Below are positions 23,126-36,738 of a DNA stretch of 44,592 bases, in pieces. How positions within the stretch are numbered: position 1 is the stretch's first letter; every line of letters begins with the position of its first letter. A model generated the notes under the pieces. That model was not told the DNA's origin and did no database searches. It saw nothing but the letters and a program-made list of their open reading frames with translations. This stretch comes from Coniocarpon cinnabarinum (lineage: Eukaryota). A program made the position numbers and the translations under genes. The DNA lies in NCBI GenBank assembly GCA_051942205.1, contig JAVECO010000185.1:1-44592 (forward strand). Reading direction: 5' to 3'.

Positions 23126-24251
23126 AGGGGAAGTGTGGAGAGGTGGAAGAGAACGGTAAGTGAAATTTTGTCATGTGTGACTATGCTCTGCTGCCCTGCC
23201 TGCTCGTTTGCTTTCCATTTGTCCTGCGAGCTTGCCATGACATATGTGAGAATATGCATTGGGAATGGCGTTGGGGATGGCATGAAGCCTGCTTGGGCAC
23301 GCCATGCATGGTCAGCGGCTGGATGAGTGACCCGCACAGTGGAGCGTCTGGTGTTATGATCTACTCCCAGATACAAGGTCGGCCGCAGCGGTGTTGGATG
23401 GGCAGGGGCACTTGCCAGCAGATGGATATGAAACCGTTTTGAACTCTGAAAAGAAGCATGAGCAAGAAATTGATGGGCACAAGCGTCGCCAACGGGATAT
23501 GAAGACACTGTTAAAGGCGATACAGCCGCATTTCCGGCGGACGAAGTCACGACAGACAGCGTGTGCAGCGATGCGACACATTGCACTTCCAGTAACGAGA
23601 ATAAACGAAGTCTACACTCAGCACCCGCAACCAAGAGGAGCTCATGTGCCAAGATCATCATGCGTTCGATTGCGATGGGTCTCGACACACAAGTCGCAGC
23701 TGTCAACATCAGAGAAGTGGGCGGAAGGTTTTGATTTCGAGATTGATACCGATTTTGCAAGTGCTGGTGAGGGTTGGACAATTCGAGCGGAGGGAGAAAG
23801 GAATGGGATGAAGAAGGAACGATGCTGTTGCATGAAGCACGGGAAGCCCAGCAACGACGAAAGCTATAATGAAAATACCTCTCTTGCGTGATTGAACACC
23901 AGGTACTGCCACGTGACCAACTACCTGCCTTGTATATTGTTCTTTTTCTACGTGAGAGCGTAGAGACCGAGGACTAGGTAGGTTCCTACTTACCTAGTCA
24001 CGTGCTATAGGACGTCCAGCTAGGTAAAGAGCTTCAGCCCTACGGAACATTAGGGGCTTGCGGGTCAGACTTGGGGCTCGAAATTTGGAGCCGCGCTACA
24101 ACTCCTTCGACGCGCATTGCATAACTCTTCTACTCCAACAAGAATATCTTGAGGCTCGCGACAAGTCTTCGAGAGTATGTTGCTCTCTCTCTGAACGCCG
24201 CATACCGCACACCCTGGGTCCCTCTTATCTAATCCGCGTCGTGCCTCTAAC

Positions 24252-26696
24252 ATGTCGTCCGCCGCCTCTCCCTCTCAAGTCCGCCAGCGCCCGGGCAAGG
24301 GCAAGCGCGCAACCACTCCCCAGCATGATGAATATTCGAACGGCGATGCTGATGCCCTCAGTAAGGTCAAGGAGACCTCAAAGCAGGCCGTCACCAGCCA
24401 GTGGGAATACAAGGTTGCTCTGGTCGTCGTGATAGTCCTGTCGTTCGTCACACGCTTCTATGGCATCTCTCATCCTAAGGAAGTGGTGTTTGACGAAGTA
24501 CATTTTGGCAAGGTATGGCAATCTCAATACCTCAGAGGGATATGCGGACTCTCTGCAGGTTTAATGAAGCTAACAGTGGAGTAGTTTGCGTCCTATTACC
24601 TGCAACGAACTTACTTCTTCGACGTTCACCCTCCCTTTGGCAAACTCCTCTTCGCCCTCGCGGGGTGGCTCGTCGGCTACAATGGCGAGTTCTTGTTCGA
24701 GAACATCGGAGACTCGTACATCACCAACAAAGTCCCGTACATCGCCTATCGGGCCATGCCTGCTACGTTGGGCGCGTTGACAGTCCCTGTCGTCTTCATG
24801 ATCATGTGGGAATCTGGGTACACGCTCCCAGCTTGTTTGGTGGCCTCCGCACTGGTCTTGTTTGACAACGCGCACATTGGCCAGACTCGGCTCATCTTAC
24901 TGGACGCAACACTGGTCATCTCCATGGCCTTGTCGATCCTCTGCTATGTTAAGTTCTACAAGTACCGACACCAGCCTTTTGGTCCCAAGTGGTGGCGATG
25001 GCTGCTGATGACGGGTCTGGCATTGTCCTGTGTCATCAGCACAAAATACGTCGGAGTCTTCACATTCTTCTCGATCGGTGTGCCAGTTGCCATTGACCTG
25101 TGGGCACTCCTCGACATCAATCGACCGAAAGGATCTTTGACACTGCGCGAGTTCACCAAACACTTCACGGCACGCATGACCGGCCTCATCATCGTCCCCT
25201 TCTTCGTCTATTTATTCTGGTTCCAAGTCCACTTTGCGATCTTGTCCCGCAGCGGCCCTGGCGACGAGTTCATGACACCTGAATTCCAAGAGACGCTCTC
25301 CGATAACCTGATGACCGCACAGTCCGTCGGCATCCAATACTACGACGCCATGACCATCCGCCACAAAGAGACAAAAGTCTATCTCCACTCCCACACCGAA
25401 GTGTATCCCCTCCGCTACGATGATGGCCGCATCTCCTCCCAAGGCCAGCAAGTCACCGGCTACCCCCACAACGACACCAACAACCAATGGCAAGTCCTGC
25501 CCCTCCAGCCCTTCACCGACACCCAAGAAGGCCACCCCGTCCACAACGGCGACATTGTCAAGCTCCGCCATCTCGTTACCGATACTTATCTTTTAACCCA
25601 CGACGTCGCATCGCCTTACTACCCCACTAACCAGGAATTCACGACCGTGTCGAAGGAGTTCGCGGACGGCGACCGCTACAATGATACCATGTTTGAAATT
25701 CGCTTCGAAAACGGGCGAGAAGGCCAGGAATTCCGCACGAAAGCCAGTCATTTCAAACTGATTCACATACCTACCCGCGTCGCAATGTGGACGCACACCA
25801 CGCCATTACCCGAATGGGCCTTTAAACAGGCTGAAATCAACGGCAACAAAAACACCCTCCAAAGCAGCAACGTCTGGTACGCGGAAGAACTCCCCTACGT
25901 GCCTGAAGACTCGCCCCGATTACAGCACGAAGAGCGCAAAGTCAAGAATATGCCCTTCCTCCGCAAATACATCGAATTACAACGAACCATGTTCTATCAC
26001 AACAACGCGCTCACGAGTTCCCATCCCTACGCTTCTTTGCCAATTCAATGGCCGTTCTTACTGAGGGGTGTCTCCTTCTGGACGAATAACGACACAAGGG
26101 AACAGATATATTTCTTGGGTAATCCGCTGGGCTGGTGGTTCGCGTCCTCGCTGTTGGCGGTGTTCGCCGGACTACTGGGAGCGGATCAATTGAGTTTACG
26201 GCGAGGGATTGATGCGCTCGAGCCGAAGACGAGGGGGCGGTTGTACAATTCCACGGGGTTCTTCTTCTTGCTTTGGGCCGCGCATTATGTGCCCTTTTAC
26301 ATCATGGGTCGGCAGCTGTTCTTGCATCATTATCTGCCTGCTCACTTAGCGTCATCTCTGGTGGCGGGCGCGCTGGTCGAATTCGTGTTCGCCACGGAAG
26401 CGGCTGAAGACACTTCGCGGACGGCGAATGGCACGAGCGGAGCGGGAGTGAGTGGAAGTGGAAGTGGTGCAACGACCGCTCAATTGGCCACCACGAAGAA
26501 TAAAACGACGATGCGCGAGAGTCTGGTAGCGAGTCGGAGTCTCCTCGTGGCGTGGGCAGCTGCTGGTGTCATTATCACGGCGTTGGTATCGAGTTTTGTG
26601 TTTTTTGCGCCGCTCACGTATGGCAGTCCGGGATTGAGCGTTGAGCAAGTCCTCAGACGGAAGTGGTTGGGGTATGATTTGCATTTTGCGAAGTAG
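24252..26696 (+). CDS. PMT4: Dolichyl-phosphate-mannose:protein O-mannosyltransferase, PMT4 subfamily; exons 24252-24512, 24585-26696
   Basis: VVFDEVHFGK|FASYYLQRTYFFDVHPPFGKL, RLILLD, MIR region (YLHSH...GRISSQGQQVTGY), SHPYAS, RQLFLHHYLPA. Intron at 24513-24584. Confidence 0.94.
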
Positions 26697-28990
26697 GGTC
26701 GCTTGGAAGAGTACGGACGACGAGGAAGATGAGGGGGGGGGAGATGAACAGCTGATTGGGGCTGTGAGAGGGACTGGATGAGAGGTATGTGGCTGGAGGC
26801 GAACGGACATGGGGTGGGCAGGAGGCGTGTGACGAGATGGACAGGTGGTGTTTAGGGACGTGGATAGAAAGCGTGTCAGACGATTGAAGTCATCACGACA
26901 GATGTGTTGAGAGCGCCATATCTTCTTTTCCACAGACGGCATGAGAGGGGTGTGAAAGGGTCTCTGAATTTGGCCTGCAGTTATGAGACGGAATCGGCGT
27001 CAAGCCATCATCCCGTGTTTGAAAGAACAGGGGATGTGTAAAATAGCAAAGCTACGATGGCGTTTCAGGGGACTATGGATGCTGTCACATTAGCAAGTTT
27101 TGTATTCCAATCCAAAAGCAAAAGCACCATCCACACATCACCAAGCTTCCGAACAGAAATCTTACGAACAGGCAAAGCGTTAGTGGAGCGTCAGCAAAGC
27201 GTCCTTAAAGCGGCTCCAGAGCGTCCTTGAAGTGTCTACGCTTGCAGGCCGAATCTGCGCGTTGGATTTCAATAATCAACGAAGTAATCATGACTAATGC
27301 ACTATTAGGGTTTTCCGAGTAGGATGAGCAGTATCGTTAAGCTCTCGCAGTTGCGTCGTCTGCATTCGTTGATCGAATCGGCCTCACAAGTAAGTGAGTT
27401 TATGTAGTGAACTCACATTCACATTCACCTTCACATTCACATCTAATATCGATAGTCATCCTTGTACGCACCCATCTGCCTGATTAGAGCTTCAAGGATC
27501 CAATAATAAAGCATTTGCCACTAGCGTGAGATTGCTTTATTCTCGTTTTAGCATAACGTTGATTCGGATCGCGCTCAAAGCCTCGCAGAAAGAGACAGAG
27601 TCCGACATTGAACTTTGAGATTGGACTAAGACTTGCATCTTGAGATTAGGTATGTGGGATTGAAGCGGGCGAGTAGGTTTAGAGAATTGGGTTATGCGAT
27701 TGAGGCTATGTGTGTTTTCTTGAAAGGAGCGATTCTCTCGAGAGGGACGGTGGTTTTCTGACAGAGAGAGCTGGCTAGCTGAGTGTGCTGAATGGGAGGA
27801 ACATTACCTATGCCAGGAATGGAGATTAGGCAAGAAGGGTTCTGCGTTGATCGATTCGAACTTGATGGCTGGAGTGTAGTTGGTGGACTGTAGTGGCTTG
27901 GGCTATCGCGGACGGAGTGGAGCGAGTGAACCGGAGCGGATGGAAACTACACAGAAGAGTCGCATACGCTGGTGAGGGCCGCCTCTTATCCATGACATAT
28001 CTGAGATTTGGGCTTGCTCTTGAAGACGGATGAATGACGTTAACGACCGCAAAACGGGGCTCGTTTTGCATCCTTTGAAAATTCGATTTTCCAGCGTTTG
28101 CGACTCGTCATGCTACTCAACAAGAGCATGTATAGACTCATATAAAGAGCGCAATATAGTCCTGTTGACTTGCACTGCACTGATTGTCACGGTTACTATG
28201 AGGTAGCTAAGTCGTCTTCAGAAATAGCGCATACGATCGCGATACACCAGTTATAAGTTTGGCAGACAAGGTTAGAGAAAGTAGGCATGAGCTGACTGTT
28301 TTGAGTTTGTGTAGCGGAGCTGTGAGATAGCGTATTTACTACCTTGATCATCCGATAGGTGTAGCGGATTCAGCTGGGAAGGGGAGATTTGACTTTTTGA
28401 ATATGTGAATGGAGGGGGTTGTTTGGCTGTTACATCGCAAGACCCGACACGAGGACAAAAGACCTGAATTGGAGATAGCCCTTGCTGGTCAGCTGGTCTT
28501 TCAATTGTTTATCAAGGCTTGATGATTGTCTCTCTTACATTTCATACTGAGCCTCCAATGAATGACAGAAGTTGTGACGAAGGGGTTGATGCCTACATGT
28601 TCGAACTGCTATGGCGGCGGTAAGCGTCTTCGAAGAAGTAAACCGTGTGTCTCGAAAGCGTCATTCGACTGCGTCTTAGTATTACACATCAGACGCGTAG
28701 AACCAAGTGCAACTAGGCATAACAACCTCCCTCTCACAAAAGTGACAGCGACATCGGAGCAACGTCACCTACCCCTTCAACGAAATCGCCTTTGCTGAAA
28801 CTTCAACACCCAAACTCCGGCAAGTACCATCTCCGACAGCGTCGAGCCCGTGCAACGTAACTCAAACCTCACTTCAGGCTGTCAAGCGAGCGCACGACAC
28901 AAAAAAGGCGTTCGTTCCACGAACACCCGTCGGGAGGCGGGAGTGTCAAAATGCCGCGAACGGGTGGAGCTTGCCGTCAGCCGAAGGTGT

Positions 28991-29048
28991 GTGGCAACCG
29001 AGGACGCAGTGGCAACCGAAGATGTGGTGGAAACCGCGGACGTTGTGG
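28991..29048. repeat. Three diverged 18-bp tandem units (GTGGCAACCGAGGACGCA-like)
   Basis: gtggcaaccgaggacgca / gtggcaaccgaagatgtg / gtggaaaccgcggacgtt, read directly. Confidence 0.7.
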
Positions 29049-32000
29049 GAGGTGGGACAAAGGATGGGTGTGCGACTGCTTTGTGGCACGTGAGAGGTGT
29101 TGATGCGCGGCGGCGTGAAGTTTATTGGAAGATATGTTTCCAGTGCGGTTGAGAGCAGTGGGCGGCGTTTTGGGTGACAGATTCTATCTTTTGGGTGGAA
29201 GTTAGGCTTGCGGAATGTAGTTTCTTTGATGGTTGGTGGATTTGAGACCGGACGTGGAGCTGGTTTGGCTTGGAGAAAGGAGTCGGCTTTGAAAGAGGTA
29301 GTTGGCTGGGTCGGAAGGTTGCTGCCAATCAGATGTGTATGATGTTGGAGTGTTCTAGTGAGTATTTGATCGAACGTGGAATACAGTCCGTAGAGGCTAG
29401 TTATACGCGACTGCTTGACTGAGGTGCTGATCGACGATGGCGGTAAGTCGACAGCTCTTCACCAATGAGACTTTGCCCTAGCTCATCAAAGAGCTTCTCT
29501 GTAGTGGTGGACTCACCTGAGCAGAAATAGATGGTGAACGAGCGGCATACTGGCTTTTGAGCTGAAGCGTTTGGTGAAGGGAGAGTTTTAGATTGAACTG
29601 CTTGCACAGTCAAGTGCACTGTATTGTGCTGTGACAATAGTCCGAGGCCACAAGCATAAGGCTAGAAGCCAGTTATCCGGCATACGATTCGGCTTTCTTC
29701 GGATCAGTAATGATTGTCTCTGACAATGGTGTACATCATTCAGCCTTGGGCAGCGACAGAGCTTTCAATGCACACGATGGCGAATCCTCCATCGCGACCG
29801 TCTGAGTTCGAAGCAAGCATGAAGGGCAGCATCGGTGTGCAAATTGTTCATGTCAAACACAGCTGACGTTGGCTCACCTATAGCCTGTTGAATGGTCGGC
29901 GATTGGAGATCTATGCTGCGAGGTAGTATCTTGGAAGCGGTGCATGTAAGTAGCACAGACCGGTGTGCCACAAAACCTGCCCGTAAGTTCTTCAGCTCTG
30001 ATAGAGTCCTTGGGCGGATTCAACCAAGGCAGTGAAAGAGGAGTTGCGTCAACAATCCATGGTCAGTTCAGTAAGCTTACGAAAGGCATCTTCAAAGTCA
30101 CTGCTTTGCGGCAGAATCTGGAAGTGTCGGTGACGCAACGTCGACTTCCTTTTTGATTATTTATCTTTGTCCACCGCTTTTTCCTAAATCAATGGTCTAC
30201 CTTACCTTGGCGTACTCAATAAAACGGGTATACTCACTCGGCATTAAGGCATTAATCGATCTCAACTATAGCTGAAGGCTGAAGGCTGAAGGCTGAGATA
30301 TCGCGGTTCAAGGTATCACCGAGTCATTGTGCCTATTGAGATCGTTCATCCGCATAAAAGGCAGATCTCATTCAGCCTTGTGATCTTGCAGCGTCGGTGA
30401 ACACCACGTGGACGAGCATGACATATTCAAGCCCCTGACGTCCGTGCTGAGTTTGCATCACCAAGACAATGGACATTAGTCCCGCTAATCGATCGAGTGA
30501 TCTCAAAGGATAAAAGCGTGTCTCAGACTCCGGGTCATGATTGCCGTTCCAAACAGACACTTGGACGAGTCTAGAACAATTCCCATCCATCAGTGCAAGG
30601 ATTATTTACGCGAAGCGAGAGAGTGAGACGCCGACAACGTGCGCAAAGCAAACTCCATGGACGCCATTGACGTCTGCCAACTTGCCCACGGCAGTTGGAA
30701 ACAACTTCCAGACAAGCCGTGTCGGCACCCTGGACCTGCGTGATAAAGCGGCATAGGTTTAATGAGTCCGTAAGCACACTCCTCGCCAGTCTCGTTTTCA
30801 GCCCGCCGGCATCGCACGCGATGATTTAGAGCTTACTGCGTCGCACTTCCATCGCGATCACCCTCATGTCCAGCGCCCATGAACATGCGATGATGTGAGA
30901 AAGGTTGAGCCAAATCAGAGACACAGGAGGGGACGAATTCTTCACGCGCAGCGTCAAACTCTAACTGCAGAGAGTGTTTCAGCCACACTAAGGAGAAGAC
31001 CGACCACGCCGACGCGCCGACACGGCACGAATGGCGCCTAAGACAAGTCAGACGATGGACTTGGGAGGAAAGAGTTTTTCCAGAACATCGACCCAGAGAG
31101 AGATGTCGCGTGGCAGACGGGCTGAGAGGAGCGGTTGGATCCGCTGGCGCTATCACGGACCAGAGCGCACGTGTTTGCTGCGGGGAAGTGGCAAACAGTC
31201 TAACAGGACCCCCAGTGTCCGATTGATGGACCGAGCCATGCTGATGTCCGTGGTCTGGTGGTAGCCAGCTCTGCTTCGGTGCAATGCGTATCGGACAGTG
31301 CGAGAGGGTGTCCCCTAAAACACTGAGAGTGCAATGTCGGCGTGAAGGAACTCGTCGGTGGATAGAGGATCAAGCTAATCTGGCAACGATGCCGCTTGCA
31401 ACACAAAGACGTGGTGCCTTGTTGTCTCCAGGAGTAACGTCCGATCGCGCATGAGCAATCTACAGTCAGGCTGCTGGGCATCAACTGGGCTGGACTAAGG
31501 CAGCCATGTTTATTTTTCTGCGATGCATCAAGGCCGGGACGGATGTCTACGGATTGATAGCGGCGACCCCCTCCTATTGCTGTCGAGAACTCAGATGCCT
31601 CGTCAGCTCGGCATCTCTGCGTGCTTTGACGCTACCGCTCCAGGCAAATTTTTAATGTACACGCAGATGCCTTTCAGCTTCCCTGTGCAGTAGTACCTTG
31701 ATGGGGGGTTGACGCAGATCATGCACAGGCATCAGACGTGAACAGCAGCTGTTGAATTTCCGAAGCATGCCGGTGCGTGTCTCCGGGCAACATGATCGAC
31801 GATGCAGGTTGCTGGTGATCTACACCAAATCCACAGGCCTTTGTCGCCTGCGATGTAGCAGTCTAAGGTCGGGCAGACGGGTTCCTCGACACGCGCCAGC
31901 ATACGCGTCCACAAAGGCGGTATTGCGCAAGAGCCTGTATCTGGGATGGCAGATCATTACGGAGGGATCCAAGTCCTGGACGTGAATCCTTGGACACATC

Positions 32001-33849
32001 GTGGTTGTGCGTCAGGAGGCTGAGTCCTGTGGCTTGCCGGCTTAGGGTTGTACCACGTGGGCGCCCACCTCAGGACGACACCGTGACCCAGGCAGTCTCA
32101 TACACCCCTCGCTGCCTCTGTGGACTACAGGCACTGCGCTGCGACGAATAAGAAGCCACCACACGTTGCCAAAGCTATCCTCTTTGCAACATAGGGACGA
32201 TAACCTCGGGCGAAAGAGACATACGACTTGTGGATTTTGACAAGAGCCGTGTCCGAGCCGGAAACAGCAACGATGGGCGCGTAATCTTCGGCGCCGCCTG
32301 CCATTGGCCGCTGTGTCCACGAGACATCTGACGGTCCCGATCGAACCCACAGTACACAGGTACTTTATACGAGCAGCTGCAGCAGGCGATCGCAGGGGTG
32401 TCGTGCTGCGCCCAAAGGCTATTTTCATTGCGACGCTCTGGATATCTCTTCGCAGACCAGATGTTGCGCTCACGGGGGTTATGGAAAGACACAGCACCGT
32501 CTCTGACGAGACGGCGCATCCGCGCAACGGACGACGACGTGCGCCCCCGGGGTTTGAAAGGGTCATGCGAGAGGGAAAAGAGTTTGCTAAATTTTCCGTC
32601 AATGGCACAGGCTATGCCAGACGTGTGTCTGACATGCATGCGAGCGATCAGTCAGACAGCGTGGTCGTGTCGCACACACCCGCACACCAGCGCATCGCTC
32701 CAATGGTACGTATACATCGGGTGCACCGTTGTGCTGCACAGGGACGTTTGGGTGCGGCGACCACGCTCTGGACTGCGCTGATGACGCAACGGCGCGTCGG
32801 CTGCTGAACATGATGGTCGTAGGATTTTCAAGGAGAAGCCGCACCTGGCGGCGAGTGGTGCATATACTCCGTTGGACGGGAGGAGGGCGAGGCAACGTGG
32901 GAGTGTGAGCAAATGGGCAAGGCTGACAGAGGGCGTGTGCCAGAGTCGGGCAGGGACGCGACGGGGTTGGTGGCTTGGAGGCTTGGAGGAGAGCGTGGTG
33001 AAGGCGGAAGACGGCAGGAGGGGGCGAAGGTGAGTGGTCGAGAGGAGCGGCCAAGGGCGCTACACACGCTACTCACCACGTGGACCTCACGACGACACGC
33101 CGGAGCGTGGGAAGCGTGGGAAATGTGGACGTGCCAGCGTCGAGGGTGCTGCACGCCGGTCCCTCTCTGCACGCTGCCCGCTGCCCGCTGGCCTTCGCGC
33201 TCTCTCACTCGCTGCACGCCCTGCACGCTCTGCACTGGCGCCGCTGCAGGCGATTCGCGGCACGCGCGCACTGATCACTAGCCGAACGTGTGATGCGCAC
33301 ACCTGCCCTGTCCTCCTCCTGCTGCTGCTGCTGCTGCTGCTTTGTCTCGTCCCACGCATGCTTTGTCCCCGTCCCCGGCCGCAACCTCAGTGGGGCGTTG
33401 GCCTGTCCGGGGTAGTTGGTCTCCGGGAAGAGCTGCGCGTCCATGGCCCGCGCGAGCCCAAGCAGGATGCCAGCGCCGGCGACAGGCTGGACGCCGTTGC
33501 GGGCGAGGGGGGCGAGGAATGTCGCGAGATTGAGTGACCAGGGTGGAAGTGGAGAGGGTGGGTGTGCGTGAGCGTGAGCGTGCGTGAGTGAAGTGGGAGA
33601 CTGCGGGCGTGAGGGCGAGGAGCAAGGGCGCGCGGTCTGCAGCCGACATGGGGAGGGCAGGCAATGTGACATGGCCACAAACCAAGGTCAAGTATGTACT
33701 CCGTACCTCGACGGAGGACTCGCACACTTCTGACACTCCGGACAGGACAATGGGCCGCAAGGGCCGGGCAGGACGGGCGTGGTGGATGCAGAGGTGGCCG
33801 GATCGGGCATGGCGGCTGGCAGGCCACGCGAGAACCGACAATCTCTCTG

Positions 33850-35237
33850 CGCTCTTCCCGTCCCTCGTCCTCCGCGTGTCCCTCTCGCCGCTGCTGCTCC
33901 CTTCGGACAACTCTGAGCTACGCTCTCTTTCTCTCTCCTCTCTCGCTCCTCGCCGCCAGTCTCTGTGCCTTTCCCTCACTCAGGTTCTCTCACACACACC
34001 CGTTGCTCCCAGCCGTGTGTGCGTGCGCGCCATTGCGCCTGTTCTCGTCTTGCTCGCTCGTCCTATTCTACCTGACCGACCTCTGCTCCTCTTCCTCCTC
34101 CCCGTCCCCGAATCTCCCTTCTATCGTTCCCTTCGCTCCTCCACTCTTCTTTTGCCAGCGCCCGGCCCTCTCTTTTCTACCCTTTTCGTCTCTTCTTCTC
34201 CTGCTGATGCTCCTCCTCCTCCTCCTCCTCCTCCACGGCCTCGACGCTGCTGCTGCTGCTGTCGTCGCTCGATTTGCGACCAGGCTGCCCACCCCGTGCG
34301 ACCACCGCCTGGCCCACTCCTGTGTCTCGAACACGCCTTCACGCCCCATCCCACCTCCACCCACTCACTCCCCGCCGCCTGCCCTCTTGTGCGACCGCCA
34401 GATCGCAGCACGACAGATTACCAGGCGTGCCTCTTGCCTGAACGCCTCACCCTCACCCTCACCCTCACCTGGCGCCTGACTGTCCTCGCCCACCACTCGT
34501 CCAACGTCCGGACTGACCTTCCGCGTCGCACCACGCCGCCCTGGCATCGAGGGCAAATTGCTGCTGCGAACTCACTGGAGCGCACGCCGGCCCCTCGCCA
34601 TTGCACCAGTACCGTGCGCCGGCTGGACCTGCCTCTCGACTGGACGCATCCGCAGCGGCTGCGACAGGGAGGTGGAATTGGCTTCCACGAGCCAACGTCA
34701 AAGGGTGAGTGAGTGTGCGTGTGCGTGGAAGAGCTGTCCTGACCCGGTGCTCCTCCCCCCCTCCCTCCACCCCACTCGCCTGCTTCCATATACACCCACG
34801 AACCCACGACGCCCTTCTGGGGCGCGAGCGCAGGTCGGCCACCAGGGCCATTGGTTGGCACATGACGCAGCCAGTGACCTGCAACCGGGCGACAGGCCCG
34901 GCGCTGCTCCCGCCCATCTGAACATACGCATCTTTAATTTCGTACAGTGATCTCCCGCCCAGGGGTCACACAGCCTGTTCCGGAGCTCCTGATTGCTGTC
35001 GAGAATTTTGACTGACTCTTGTCGCTAGCAGTGAGGTCCTGATTGAAGACCCTCCTTTGCTCCTTCCCGCCCTCGAGGTCGGACTCTGCTGCAAGTGAGG
35101 GAAGCCGCGCCAGGAACCTCTTGATTTCGTGACGCGGTACACACCTCCGCTCTGCCCTTCGTCTTGCCACTCCCACACTTACACCCGAGCTACCTCACGT
35201 TCATCCTTTTGCTTCCTTCCTTCGCTCCCTCGCAGCC
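33850..35237 (+). promoter_or_regulatory. Probable long pyrimidine-rich 5' leader of the bHLH gene, with microsatellites, one uORF (34207-34479) and a candidate UTR intron (34705-34947)
   Basis: C/T-rich + strand with (CCT)n, (CTG)n and (CCCTCA)n tracts. Only two + strand ATGs found in ~1.4 kb (34207, 34862). GTGAGT donor at 34705 and TACAG acceptor ending at 34947. The transcription start is inferred, not seen. Confidence 0.45.
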
Positions 35238-36738
35238 ATGGCATCACCTAGAGACGAACGCCGTCCGCCGGGCGGGCCCTTCACCCTCCCTCCAATCGCA
35301 CAAATGACTCGAGATATGCCTCAGGACAAGTCACCCAAGCACAACAGCGTGCCCCACGAGATGATGCGAGACTCGGGCATGTGGTCCATGCAGTCGCCGA
35401 GCAAGCGTAAGTTGGGCCACGCCGTCGATGTCGTCGATATAACTGACACGACACCTCCGCAGATTCCTCCACCATTTCCAGTGCCGCGTATTCCACAATG
35501 TCTAGTAACCATGGGCTGCAACTACAAACCATTCTCAACTCGGATGACTCCCCTCACCGCTTCTCATCCACATCGGCGGCTTCAGGCAACACTCCTGCAT
35601 CTGCTCGCATGTCCCATCAAAGCCATCCTTTGCCAGCACTCAATCGTTCCATCACCAACGATCACAACCCGCGGGCTTCCATCGATGCGAACAACACCTT
35701 CTTCATTGATTCAAGGCGGAGCAGCATTGACAGCAGGTCGAACGTCAACTTCGACAGCTTGAACATCAATCCAGCATCTCCATACGATACCCACAACCCT
35801 TCGCATCGTGCATCTGAGGCGTCATTGGCTTCTAGCTTCCAACACCAAGCTCCTACATCGAACCCAATCCCACCTCCCCCTCCCAAGTCCGCCACAGCTG
35901 GCCCGTCTGGACCAACACCTCGCCGGCCGCTGACAAGTGGAGGTGCTGCTCCACGGCGAGCACCTGCGATTGCTCCCAACCCTCGTCAACCGGGGGTCAA
36001 TCCAACAGCATCACAGCCGACAAAGGGCCATGCATGGGCATTTCCTGACACCAAAGAAGAGGATGAAATGGCAGATTCACTCACCCCCGACTCGTCTCGG
36101 CAAAACAGTCTGGCATCTGGTAACACTGGACATCTGGAATCATTCGGACTGCGCCATGCTCCTTCCAACCACACCTTGCCACATAAGACCATGACAAGTC
36201 TCTCTGGTCCCGACATCCTGGCTGGTAACTACAGCAGGACGCCCGAACTGAGAGTCAGCCATAAGCTGGCTGAGAGGAAACGACGTAGCGAGATGAAAGA
36301 CCTATTTGATAGCCTCAACCGCATCTTACCAAATTCGCCCGGCAACAAGTCGAGCAAATGGGAAGTGCTCAGCAAAGGTATGTCCCCCACACCCCACTGT
36401 TGACTGTGTTTGCCACTAACACCCCGATCCTAGCCATCGAATACATTGAGGCGCTGAAACATTCACACGTCCAAGCCCATCACGATAACGAGAGGCTACG
36501 GCGCGAGCTTGACCAGAACAAGGTCACCGCTGAGGATAATGCAGCTATGAACCACGAGATCACTGTCATGTATCAACAGATTTGTAGGCTGGATCCCAAC
36601 GGCCACAAGGTCTTCGGCCAACGCACAGCTCAGTTTGTAGAGCAAGAACGACAGCAACCATCGCAACAACATCGCAACGCTGGACACCAGCCTTATGCAC
36701 CGATGCAGGGGGTTGAGTACGGCTACGATCGTCGCTGA
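35238..36738 (+). CDS. devR: bHLH transcription factor, Esc1/DevR-like; exons 35238-35406, 35463-36377, 36434-36738
   Basis: YSRTPELRVSHKLAERKRRSEMKDLFDSLNRILP...KSSKWEVLSK|AIEYIEAL basic-helix-loop-helix, with a Ser/Pro-rich N-terminus and two GT-AG introns. The bHLH call is firm; devR orthology is from recalled similarity and less certain. Confidence 0.85.

Noticed and set aside
23050..23891. ORFs of 243 aa (-) and 166 aa (+) between LRG1 and PMT4
   Set aside because: No motif or family resemblance; probably LRG1 3' UTR or intergenic DNA. A small orphan gene cannot be fully excluded.
27410..30296. Short microsatellites: (CACATT)n near 27414-27443 and (GCTGAAG)n near 30270-30296
   Set aside because: Ordinary short slippage repeats with no further structure.
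33588..34712. 374-aa ORF and the many overlapping ORFs at 32000-35000 as protein-coding genes
   Set aside because: Low-complexity GC- and pyrimidine-rich DNA lacks stop codons by composition. The translations are microsatellite-derived, with no recognisable domain.
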